DNA of 64,000 nt. Origin: Marsupella aquatica. Taxonomy: Eukaryota; Plantae; Marchantiophyta. The DNA lies in assembly GCA_973895155.1 (NCBI GenBank), contig OZ316898.1:5195079-5259078 (forward strand), given 5' to 3'. Under the pieces are notes generated by a model that saw nothing but the letters and a program-made list of their open reading frames with translations, was not told the DNA's origin and did not search any database. This document shows positions 37,501 to 48,558 of the stretch, piece by piece (positions within the stretch are counted from its first letter, which is position 1; the number at the start of each line of letters is the position of its first letter). The position numbers and the translations under genes were made by a program.

Positions 37501-40500
37501 GAATTGAAAGCCCAAAGGTACCCGGAGTCAGAAGAGGTGATCTGCGAAACTGACACATAAATTGAATTTTGGATTACCTCATCAGATTGAGTGAGCAATG
37601 GCAGAACATTAGCTTCTTCACAAAAACTTGATATCCGTCACCGGTCAACTTGCCTCAGATGTTTAACCCATGCACTGCGGAGTTAATTCACTCATCAGGA
37701 ACCTGTGGGTTGATGTAACTTGCCAGACCCTGTCCACAGTGCACCCCACTCAATGATCTGCTATGCAAAAACACTTGAATATAAATACCCTTGCACAAAA
37801 ATTACCTCTTGTCAGTCTGCAGTTTAACAAGATACAGTGTTGCAGCTACCCAGATGAGTATGAGGATGTCACCAAATGCATTTGAGTTGCTGTGTTGCAG
37901 TGTTAGTCAGGTGTGGTCCAGTTTGCACCCCGGTTACTACCGCGGAGACCCTACAGATCCAGCCTTCACGGACCCTGCAAGAGGACTTCAGAAAGTTGTT
38001 GGTAAGCTATGTACTACGTGCTCTGTTGCTGTGTTAGCCGTGTCATTTAGGGGTGCACCTCATTGACCTTTCGTCCGAAACGTACTGATCGAACCTGCAA
38101 GTACGCGAGCGTGCAAGAGGATTTCACCCAAATACTGTTTGCTGTGCTGAAATGCAGTAGGAATCGTGTAAACCAGGTCGTAACTCATGATGAATACATC
38201 CAAACCGTACAGATCCAGTACTCGAGATGAGGATTCCACTGCAAGTTGTTGGACTGCCGAGTAGGTGATCGAGTAACCAAAATGCCGATCATCATTCAAC
38301 TTCCAAAACCTAAAACTCCAGCTTGCAATGCCAGATATGCGCGAGGGTTCCAGAAAATGTGATTCGTCTGCTGTGTGTCTGCCAAATCCGAGTATGAAGA
38401 ACGACTTCGATGAATGTTTTTGTTGTGTTGTGTAGTAGTGGTAGACGTTGAGTATAATTTGCAAATGATTGACCCATATAAACCCTACATTTTCTGCCTG
38501 CAAGTACCCAGATCTGCATAAGGATCAGGCCAAGTCACTGGCGTGCTGTGTCACAGTATTGATCATGTCATCCAATTTGCAAAACAATGAAGCCTCGGTG
38601 AAGATCGAACTGTCTGCAAGTACTGTACGGTGCATGAAGATGTCACTGAATGTGTTTGGTGAGCAGCCTTGCAGTGGTAGGCATGTAATTAATTTTAAAA
38701 CTTGTTGATACTTCCGTCCTCATCCTACAGATCCAAGATTGAAAGTCGGGATTGCCGTGATATTGTTACTGATGTTCCAGGTGTGTTGTATTGCAGTTGG
38801 TAGGCGTGGTGTAATCCACGTAGTGATTTTTCGATCCTCGTGTCCAAATCCTATATGTCCGGCCAAAACAACCAGCTAACAGACCCTAAACCTCCAACTC
38901 ACATGTCAGCATTGCAACCTGACTCAATGAAATCCTATTTTCTGTAGACGGAAATAGACCCATGCTATCACCGAAAGTCAGCAAAAGATGGAACTTATTT
39001 TGCTCGAGACTATAATTGCAGTCAAGACCAACGTGGAGAATTCACTCCAAGGCGTCAGAGGGGATGTCCTTGACAGACAAGAATCAAAACCAGCCGTACA
39101 TTGTACTTTCTTGGGGACCCACAAAAACTTCAAATCAGTCCAATGACATGGAAACCTCTAGAAGGAGAATTTACCATCGTCAGAATATCGGCGAGATGTC
39201 AGACAATGTAGGGAACTGCAGCTACGGCTTTGCGCTCACAGATGCAAGACCCACTGTGTATAACAAGTAGAATGGAAGCAGTTTACGGAGAAGCGACTAG
39301 GCCGCGCCTAACGCTCCGAACATTCAACTTCAGAAAGTATCCAAAAGCTTACCCAAAGCTCAGAGATTAGATGTAAGGAACCTTTATGTGACCCTAATCA
39401 AATATTTCCCTGGCTTCAAGCTGTCATAATCGTATCCTATAAAAGCAACGCAACCGACGGAAAAACCACTTAGTTGGAAAACAGAGAAGCGTGAACATCA
39501 AAGGTTAAGCAGGTCAAGGAAGACAAGTCCGATGCTAACACCTTCGATGTTCCCTTTTTCTCCCCAACCCCCGCTCCTTTCCAATTCCCAGCAAGTCCAG
39601 AAATTCAATCTCCTGTCACTCAAGGATGCTAACATCAACGACCCAATCTTGAAGCCAGGACCGTGTAGCCATCCCATACTCCAGTGCTGCTCCAATAATC
39701 CAGGTTCGTACTCGTTTCAATGCTAGGTTGATCGTGTCCTACATAGCTCCGAATTCGACAAAAGAGGTCTGACCATATATGGACACGTTAATACAAGTCT
39801 GCCAGATCCTTTCCACCATGCCATGCTGGCAAAATAACGTAGTCTGCAAGCCCACAAATATGCGTGAAACCATAAGGTTCGTCTCCCCAGTCTTTCCTTT
39901 CACCATATTAACTCCTATAATATCTTTGAAGTTGACATAGCACATTCCCTCAAACCTTTACCACTGGATACCCAGCTGGAGGATCCATGGGAATAATTAT
40001 CGCTTGCACAAGAATATCCAACTAACATCTTAAAACCACAAATCCAGCCAGCTGAGAAAACCACCGACGGCTTGCAGCATTCGGCCTCCGCTAGAGACAC
40101 GAATCAAGCAGAAAAAGCTTTCTGCTGACAGCTACCTGCTAAACCCGGCGCATCTACGGTTAAATTTGCATATATCTGCAAAATCAAGATTCTCAAACTA
40201 AATCATAACGAAGAATTCTAAAAGACCCGCTGAAGAAAACATATACCTATTCAACTTAACCGCATTCCCTAAGAAAATATGCCAGGGAAAGTCTTCCTTT
40301 AAACTCCTAAGACAGATCCTCACACTGGATATCTCAGCTGTAACCCCAGGTCAATACAAGACACTGGTGATGATAAGAAAGGTACTGACAGGCAAGTGCC
40401 GAAGCAAATTGATCGCTCCCTGAAGAGAGCCTCTCGGGTGTGTAAGAGAAAAATATGAGAGCAAAAAGTTCAACAAGGATGAGATGTCCAGACCATTACT

Positions 40501-41899
40501 CCCAATGACTTGTCCGCGCATACCTTCAGAATAGACTTTGATCGAACCCTTTCACGCTCCTTCCCGAGTTTCACAAATCGAATTGCCCAATAATTCCTAG
40601 ATCGTCCAAGGCTCCCCTATTTTCAATAGTAAGGAAAGAAAAGACAGGACGTCTTGTTCACAGATACGCCAACATAAATAAAGGGGCTGTTCACTAGTAC
40701 CAAGCTCTGAAAACTGGTGGAGAATTCAGGGGGTGGTCACTCATGATTCCAGTTCGGAGAAATTCAACACATCAACCTGTCAAGCAACATAAAGATAATC
40801 ACAACCGAAAAAATCCGTTGTAAACATCTCACAGTCAAAAATCTCCAAAATTGATCTCAAAACGTTAAAAAGTGTTGAGCCCAAAGATCTTAAGGACTGT
40901 GTCCGTCAATCTTGAGATTATGGGGACAGATAATCGTTCGTATTATCCAGAGGATGCTGCTGAACGATCAAAGAACAGTACAACAAATAAGAGGCCTCAC
41001 CTCGACTAGGCTCATCGAACAGAGGTTACTAGCATAACCCAAAACCTCGACACTAATGCCAATCAAAAATGTTCGAAGATATCTCGCAAGATGAAATCGC
41101 TCTAAGTACAACAGTTCATAAGAGAAAACTAGAGATCATAGCTGCGGTGAGAGAATACCTCGGGAGCTATGGAGGACTATTACAAGTGAACAAGACCGAC
41201 GACACAATCTTCATGTTTAGGACAACCCTCTCTGGAATAGCAAAAGAGTTGGATGACAAGGTCAGCAACATCCAAATCCCGGGGGATCAGCATTTAACCA
41301 CACCATAAAATCTTGATGTCAAGCAGCATCTTCACCCACGCGAGGTCACAGATGCTTTTGGAAGAAACAGCTTTGGTAAGGTCAAATGGAATGGATACCT
41401 GCAGCACTTATGAATCCTGGAACATAAAACAACCTGGGCAGGATACATTTGAACTGGCCTCCTCAATAGAAATCGCAAATTACGCACTGCTCCAGGAAGG
41501 GATCTTGCCGAACTGAAAAGCTAGGTCTGAGAGCAATCACTGGTAGGTCGCATAGACGTGAAACTTGCAAGTTCGCAGATCTGACCGCAACATTGTAAAC
41601 AACAGAAAAGGGACAGTCTGCACAGCAGTCGCCCCAAGTATATCACAAGGCCAACGCATCTTCAGGCTAACAGCGATGGCGGGGGCCAGAGCAAAAACCT
41701 GTTTCGGAAAGGTGGGCCACGTACCCATTCCGGTGGTATCACGCTGCAAACCACAACACTAGACATCTGGGTGCCAACTCCTGAATTTGCCGAAGCGAAT
41801 ATAAAATGAAACCGGTCATCATTGAGATCCTTTCCAGGTTCCATCACTGATGTCGTTTCCTCGTCTGGAAATAACCACCTTCCAGAAAAGCAATCACGC

Positions 41900-42450
41900 G
41901 TGTAGTGAAAATGTGCCGCAAGCTCCCTATCAACTGTCTAGGTTGACAGAGAAGGTGCTCCAAAAGTGGACCATCGATGCAACTTTCAAAGCAGCAAATA
42001 ATTCTTCCTTCTATTGTATACCATCAGGATAAACTGCATCTCAATTTTCTGAATTTGACGGACAGCATTGTTGTACAAGTGGACCATGTATGCACCTTCC
42101 AGAACCGCAGTTATCAAGTATCATCAAACGTGTGCCGACCAGGGCACCCTCCATATCGACCATCTCAGTTGACAGAGGATAGGAATGCTCTACCGGTGGA
42201 CCATTAATGGAACTTATAGATCAGCCGATATCAAATATTGTCAGATGTACACACCATTCAGGGAGAACTCCAGGACAGCTATTTCAGCTGACAAACGGTA
42301 GAATTTCAACCCAGGTGCACCATTACTGGAACCTCCAGAACAGATACCGAATATCGCCAAATGGATTCGCCATGCTGGACAAACTCCATGTCAACTATTT
42401 GAGCTAACAGAGGGTAGAATTGCCAAACAGGGGGATCATTGATGCAATGA
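41900..42450 (-). repeat. Cryptic degenerate tandem repeat, ~5 x 113-119 bp
   Basis: Anchor motif (plus strand, GGA[C/T]CATT.ATG-like) at 41972, 42085, 42202, 42321 and 42437. Minus-strand peptides align: CINDPPVWQFYPLLAQIVDME / SSNGAPGLKFYRLSAEIAVLE / SINGPPVEHSYPLSTEMVDME. Confidence 0.65.
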
Positions 42451-44789
42451 AATTTCCAATGTGTTCCGTGGAACACAACCGAACCATGAGCTTCCAATGT
42501 CAGCCAGCCTGTGTTTAATTGCACGGCCTGAGATGTCTAGCTTTGCTGTGGTGAATAACCGAGCAGACTTTTTCAAACAGCCTCTCTTTGTCATTGTCAT
42601 CCAAACCACCAAAAGTCCTTCAACAGACTCGAAGTCACATCATCATTTGCTCCGATAGGACCATCCTGATGTTTGTGAGGACCATTTGAGACAAGATTTT
42701 CTTTCGGGGCAATCTCGACACGCTTGGAGGACAAGTAACCCCAACACCGGGGGAAAATCTTTCATAGGAAACGTGGGGAAATTGCCAGATACCTCTTGAT
42801 CCCGTGAGGGGGGCAACACAAACCAGATACAATCTATCAGGTCTACTTGCAACCACTGTTGCAATAAACCAGACATTTTTTCTTGAAACAAACTCCGCAG
42901 TAACCCCTCCGGAAGGGATTGACTCATGGAAGATTGCAATGAATAGATATTTTCTTCCGGCAAGCTCAGCAGTATACCAGCCTGGTAGCACTCATAGAGA
43001 CTTGCCTTTCAACAGCAGCTGTCACAAACAGACACCAGCGGCTCCTCCAATTAAGGTACAACCCCGCTACACAATCTTCAAATCAATCGAGACTTCCACC
43101 TCTTGAATCGGCTTCAGTAGGCAATTGAGTCCAAACCGAGTAGTAAGAATACCAACACGTCGCCCTGTCAACCCGGTTGAAACATAACTGCTGGCGAATC
43201 CAGTCAACCCTCCTAAGCAATAAATCCCTCGATTCCGTCGAGCGATCGTTCCGAACCCCTCTCTTCCTCCACACTGAATCGAGAACAGAGTGAGACAGAC
43301 AACCTTCAGTAAACCAGCAAATCTAACCCAGTTCAGGAGAGGAGCACTGGCGTGGCGAATTGCCAATTTGTCCCAGCACGAAAGCATGATCTGCACGCAA
43401 CATCTCATACGGGCATGCAACAACGACTATGCCAAACAAGCCGGTCTCGCGACCTAGACTGTATCTAAAGCATCAGATATACAAGCTATTTTACCAATAC
43501 TACAGGACAAAGGTGCCCGTCACTGACGAGGCATACACGAGATGCAATTGGGTCTGTTACACTGCAGCGCAAGGCCTAGCCCGCTCACCAGACGCACCAC
43601 AACACAGGACAAATTGTTCGCCACATCTCGAGGGACTGTCGAGACACTACGACATCTACCCAACTAGGACAAGACGCCTGGATTTTCGTCAAGAACTACT
43701 GAGACTGAACTATCACTTCGTCCTCACTTCTTTGACACCACTTCTCAGACACAGCTATATTCCACGACAGGACGCTCAGGGCAAAGGCGAACACAGACCT
43801 CAAATTAAAGTACAGGATAGACGACGACTTAGGGATACTCTCCAAATCGCTAGGATTTCGCTCACATCATGAAAAGTATCACATCGAACTAGAACAAAAC
43901 TGCAATTTCGTGCCTCCTTCAGCTTGTTCTCAGAGTTTGAGACTCAAAGTAGCGAAACTAAGAACAATGGAATTGGGTTTCGTAAAACTTCAACGCCATC
44001 TTCGCTCCACCTCCAAAGGCAGTAGCAATCTTCACCAGACCACACGGGTGCAGCAGCAGCGCAGATGCGGCATCCTGCGGGACCATCATCGTCGACAGTC
44101 TCAGGCGAGGAACTCCTCGAACGACCGTTCATCGAGACACAAAAGAAGAAACGTATTCTTCTAGATGCAAGATAAGTCTACAACTCCTGTAAACCCAAAC
44201 AGACTCGGTATGAAAGCACCAAAGTACTTAAAGCTTCCTCCTTCACGCACACAAAAAGGCGCGCCGGCGTCAGAGAGACAAGGAGAAGACAGAGCGAGAG
44301 AGAGCAACTACAATAAATGAAGTATTCTTGTGGCAGTCCAAAAGTCCACAACCGACAGAGAAGCCAGAACACGAATCGGCTGACGCGCCACACAAGAAAT
44401 GACTTTGGACAACGAGTGGATCACCTCAGAGAGACACAGAGAGCTTTGGTAAAAGGAGCAACGGGGAGAGCGAGAGCCGAGGGAAGGGACTGAAAGGAAG
44501 CACGGCACATGAACGAAGAATCAACGAAAGGACGCTATCCCAAACGGACGATGGTTCACGACAACAAACGAAGATGAACTCGGAGAAAGAGCAAAGTAGT
44601 GAAAGTGAAAAGAACGCGGGAGACCGGGAGAGCAAGAAAAGAGGGATGGAGGGAACTTCGGAAGGAAGGAAGGAAAAAATTTCGTGCAGTAGACTCTAGA
44701 GAAAACGAAAACGAAAACGAGGGAGGGAAGGAAAACTCTTCGTTACTCTCCGACAAAGACGAACACAGAACCAGTGACGCCACTGCATG

Positions 44790-45215
44790 GAACGACGCCA
44801 ATTCCACTTCCGGGGGCCTGATCACGAGACAGAAGAAGGAGGAGGAGGAGGCAAGAGCCCAAGAGACTGATCACCCACGAGGTCGAGAAACCGAGAAAGG
44901 CATTACAATTTACGTGCGAGGGACCGAACATGAAGGACGCCAATTCCAATTCCGGGAACAGAAGAAAGAGGCAGAGGAGGAGGCAAGAGCGCAAGAGACT
45001 GATCCCAGATGAGGTCGAGCGGAGAAACGGAGACAGGCTTTACAATAATTATGTGCGAGGGACCGAATGTAACGCACGCCAATTCTAATTCCGCCATTCC
45101 GGGGACCTCGATCACGAGAGAGAAGGAAGAAGAGGAGGAGGCAAGAGCGCAAGAGACTGATCACTGATGAGGTCGAGCAGAGAAACGGAGAAACAGAGAG
45201 GGACCGAATGTGACA
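44790..45215. repeat. GA-rich diverged tandem repeat, ~3 x 130-160 bp
   Basis: GAGGAGGAGGCAAGAGC[C/G]CAAGAGACTGATC..GAGGTCGAG..GAGGGACCGAA at ~44842, ~44974 and ~45132. Confidence 0.85.
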
Positions 45216-45739
45216 ACAGCAGAGGAGACCAGAATCAAGAAAGGGAAGTCGGCGACAAAACGAGGGCTCTCGTCTTTGGACAAGACGAAGACGAGGGTAC
45301 TGAGGGAACTGAGGGAACCGGAGGGCCGTTGGATTGGGAGAGAGGGAACTGACGGAACCGGAGGACCTTTGGATTCGGCATTGGGAACAGAGGGAACGGG
45401 AGGACCGTTGGATTGGGACGGGACAGGACAGGACAGGACGAAGAGGACAAGAGACGTGCGGTTCTGGCCTTGAAACAACCAATGACCTCATACAAGGGGG
45501 ACGTGTCCCAAAACTTCTTATTTTTCTTGAAAGGGGCACTTTACTTGCAAGAAAAGTAAAACCCATTAAACACCAGAGTAATATGGTCAGACCACATGAG
45601 GGCAAGGACCAAAAGTCACCCAGAGGCCAAACACATTAGCCCCGAGTACAGGGGTACAAATGGGAAAAGAAAGAAAGAAAAGAAAAGAAAGGTGCAAATA
45701 TGAGGGCCAACTCAACCCCAAAGCAAAACAACTTTATTA

Positions 45740-46780
45740 ATACGCGGGGTAGCAATCAAGGAGGCTTGGATATGGGTTCCAAATGTTTTTTTATTGCGTA
45801 CAGATGCTACTAGAAGCACATGATACATTGATGGTTGGACATAATGGAGTGGCAAAACCATGAAACAACTGCAAAGCAAATATTGATGATTGATCATATG
45901 TGATTTGAGATGTCTAGACATATGTTCATAGTTAAGTGTTTAGTTTGCCAGCAAAATAAATCTTCTAATCAGAAATAGATAGGTCTTCTCCAACCACTCC
46001 CCATACCGGAATGACGATGAAAACATGTTTTGATGTATCTAGTCATATCATATGTGTTAAATTATGACGTCTTCCTTCATGACGATCCAATCAGTATTCA
46101 TTCTATGCACACGTAGTCGACACAATCTCTACGTGGTTCACCTCTTCTCTAAGACTATGTCCTCACGAACACTCAAACTTTATTCAAGAGTAGACGAACA
46201 CACATGCTCTCCCTCTTCCTCTAGTTGCTCCGTTACAATGAGTAAGTAACCCACACCAACAGTTTACATTAGCTCTGGTATATACAAGATCACACACGAT
46301 TAATCTAACCTCAGCTAAGACTCTAACTATAGTTAACCTAATTGTCGTAACCTATGAATAATAAGACTAAGAACAATCCTTAACAATATGATCTACAACC
46401 AAGGACATAATGTTATTGTTGTCTTTGTGAATAAACTCACCAAGATTATACATATTTAACCCACATTAGATATGATAATTGCTCCAAAGGTAGTACAACA
46501 CTTTCTTGTAATAGAGTTTGCTCAACATGGGATGTGTACTACATCAACTTCAAATCAAGGCAAACAGTTCACAAGTTAAGTCTCTTTTGAAAAAGCTTAT
46601 TTAGGTCTGTTAAAACCAAGTTAGCTATTTTTTACTAAGGTCTATTACTCTAAAGATGGATGGTCAAACCAGATGTGCCAATCAAACTATCGAGAAGATA
46701 CTATGAGCATATATACTTGATCAGCAAACAGAGTGGGATCTTGCCTTACCCTTGGTTGAGTTTGCTTACAAAAATCTGCT
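45740..46780 (+). mobile_element. Degenerate Ty3/gypsy integrase fragment
   Basis: EAHDT..GHNG..KT, CLVCQQNK, GLLQPLPIPE, IVVFVNKLTK, DGQTRCANQTIE.IL and EWDLALPLVEFAY motifs, with stops and frameshifts; split by a solo LTR. Confidence 0.9.
46055..46385. mobile_element. Solo LTR related to the copia LTRs at 52.4/58.8 kb
   Basis: TGTTA...TAACA termini and a perfect 5-bp TSD ATATG (46050-46054, 46386-46390). Shares TAGTCGACACA, TACGTGGTTCACCTC and GCTCCGT.ACAATGAG with the copia LTRs. Confidence 0.9.
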
Positions 46781-47196
46781 CACCCAGATGAATTCTCGAT
46801 TCGTTCAACTGTGCCATAGGAAATGGAAGGTTACTCCAGTTCCTATGTGCACTACGGACCCTCCTGTCCTACTAGTTAATTGCTGAATTATTCCCGGATA
46901 CATTCGATTATGCAGTAAGTTCCCCAGTTCCGAAGATTCGGTCCACCGCCGGTAGATTTTATCCACTAAGCCGATTGTACACTCGCTGCAAGACATAGTG
47001 GTATTGTACTAACTAGGTAGCATGTGAGGAAGTAGTGTTCACCACTTCACACTCTCAAATTACAGCGTTGGAGGTGAACTGTAAATCTCCGCTCCTTTGT
47101 ACTATGTTTGATATGAGAACTCTCGACCCCGAGCGTTTGTCCTTAACGCAATTAGCAGGCAGATGCTCTTTTGTTGGTCTGATTTTGAGATTGCAG

Positions 47197-47495
47197 AATT
47201 CAAGCAACTGGTGCGAAATTGTGAACCGAAGGATATTAGGTTTGGAGCCGAGTCGAGGGCTCTTATACTCCAAGGTGTCGAGCAACTTTCAGATGCTGTG
47301 AAGTTTACCATGGGCCCGAAGGTATAGAAGAGAGCTGTTTAACGTAATTGTTGTCTGCCACTTATAAAATTATGTTTAGATGTCGTAGGTATGTGACATC
47401 CTTGAACTACTCACTAATTGCTTTGTGAATCGTACTCTTTTCCAGGGTCGAGGTGTGTTTATTGAGGAAAGTTTTGGTTCTCCTAAAACCACGAG
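47197..47495 (+). pseudogene. HSP60: Mitochondrial-type chaperonin-60 N-terminal gene fragment (two exons)
   Basis: Exon 47197-47321 encodes ..[36 protein letters not shown] intron follows, then an exon from 47446 (GRGVFIEESFGSPK). Homology stops there. Confidence 0.85.
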
Positions 47496-48558
47496 TTCCT
47501 GTATAAAGTACTTCGGTTAACCCGTAGTACTCCTTTCAAATATAGTACAATTGTATGTGCGAGAGAGCATGGATATGATGAAGTAAGAGGTGTGTGACTT
47601 TTCTATCTCTACGCTACAAATGATTTCATCATGTTCTGTAATGATTACGGAAATGCAGCGAGCCGGTACAGCACTGGCATGGTTGAATTAATAAAGCAAT
47701 TACAGTCGATGAATTAGTTGTGGCCCCATTCAAGCGGTGTGGTTGGTGTAAAATTTAGAAGGATTCGGCTTTCACTATAATTGTAAAACAAATTCTGGGG
47801 TGACTGGAGCTGTGCAAACCATGCAGAAGCGTTGGAGAAAAGGACTCCAATGCGAACAGGCGGAATTCCTCGTAGCGAGAAGTGAAAACCCTTAGAAGAG
47901 AGCTCAAAGATGTCCTAGTTGGTTGGATTTCTTCAATGAGAACGGATCCTTTGGGGAGTTATCCCTACCCTTGGTTTGATGTGGAACTCTTGTATTATGC
48001 CTATCAGTGGATTGTTCTCGTATCTTGTTTGAGGGTTTAGGGTTTAGAGTTTAAACCCTAAGATGTGGCCAACCCTGTCATCATTGATCGAGTGATCACC
48101 GAGTTGCCAGACAATGATTACCCTGCATTTCCATACCGCCAGGACTGCAAAGGGTATTGGAATGTGAATGAGCACATAGAATTCTAGCTAAGCTACCTGG
48201 ATATGTCTTTCACACTTATTTCGGTATTCTATTCTAAGACCATTGCACTCTGACAGACAGCCGTTACTCTCAATTGAGACTAAGTTATATCACTTTTGCA
48301 AGTTTTGCGTACCATATATCGCAGCATAGAAAGGGAGACAAGAAAGCATGTCTCTGGACGGAGGTATTGTCCTAGCCCCAGAATTAGGGACTTACCGGTG
48401 TGCTATCTTTTTGTGAGCGTAGTATTGTAGACATATGGTCTTGACTTCAGAAACCCAAAAAGTAATTCATTGCACCTCGTGGAATCGCTTGCTGTCGATC
48501 TGATCGTGGGTTGTGGGGACCATCGATGAAGCCCAGAGCACCTGAGTTTAATCATAAG

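Noticed and set aside
43944-44132. CRIC..CYC as a RING-variant finger
   Set aside because: The remaining zinc ligands are absent and the ORF is short.
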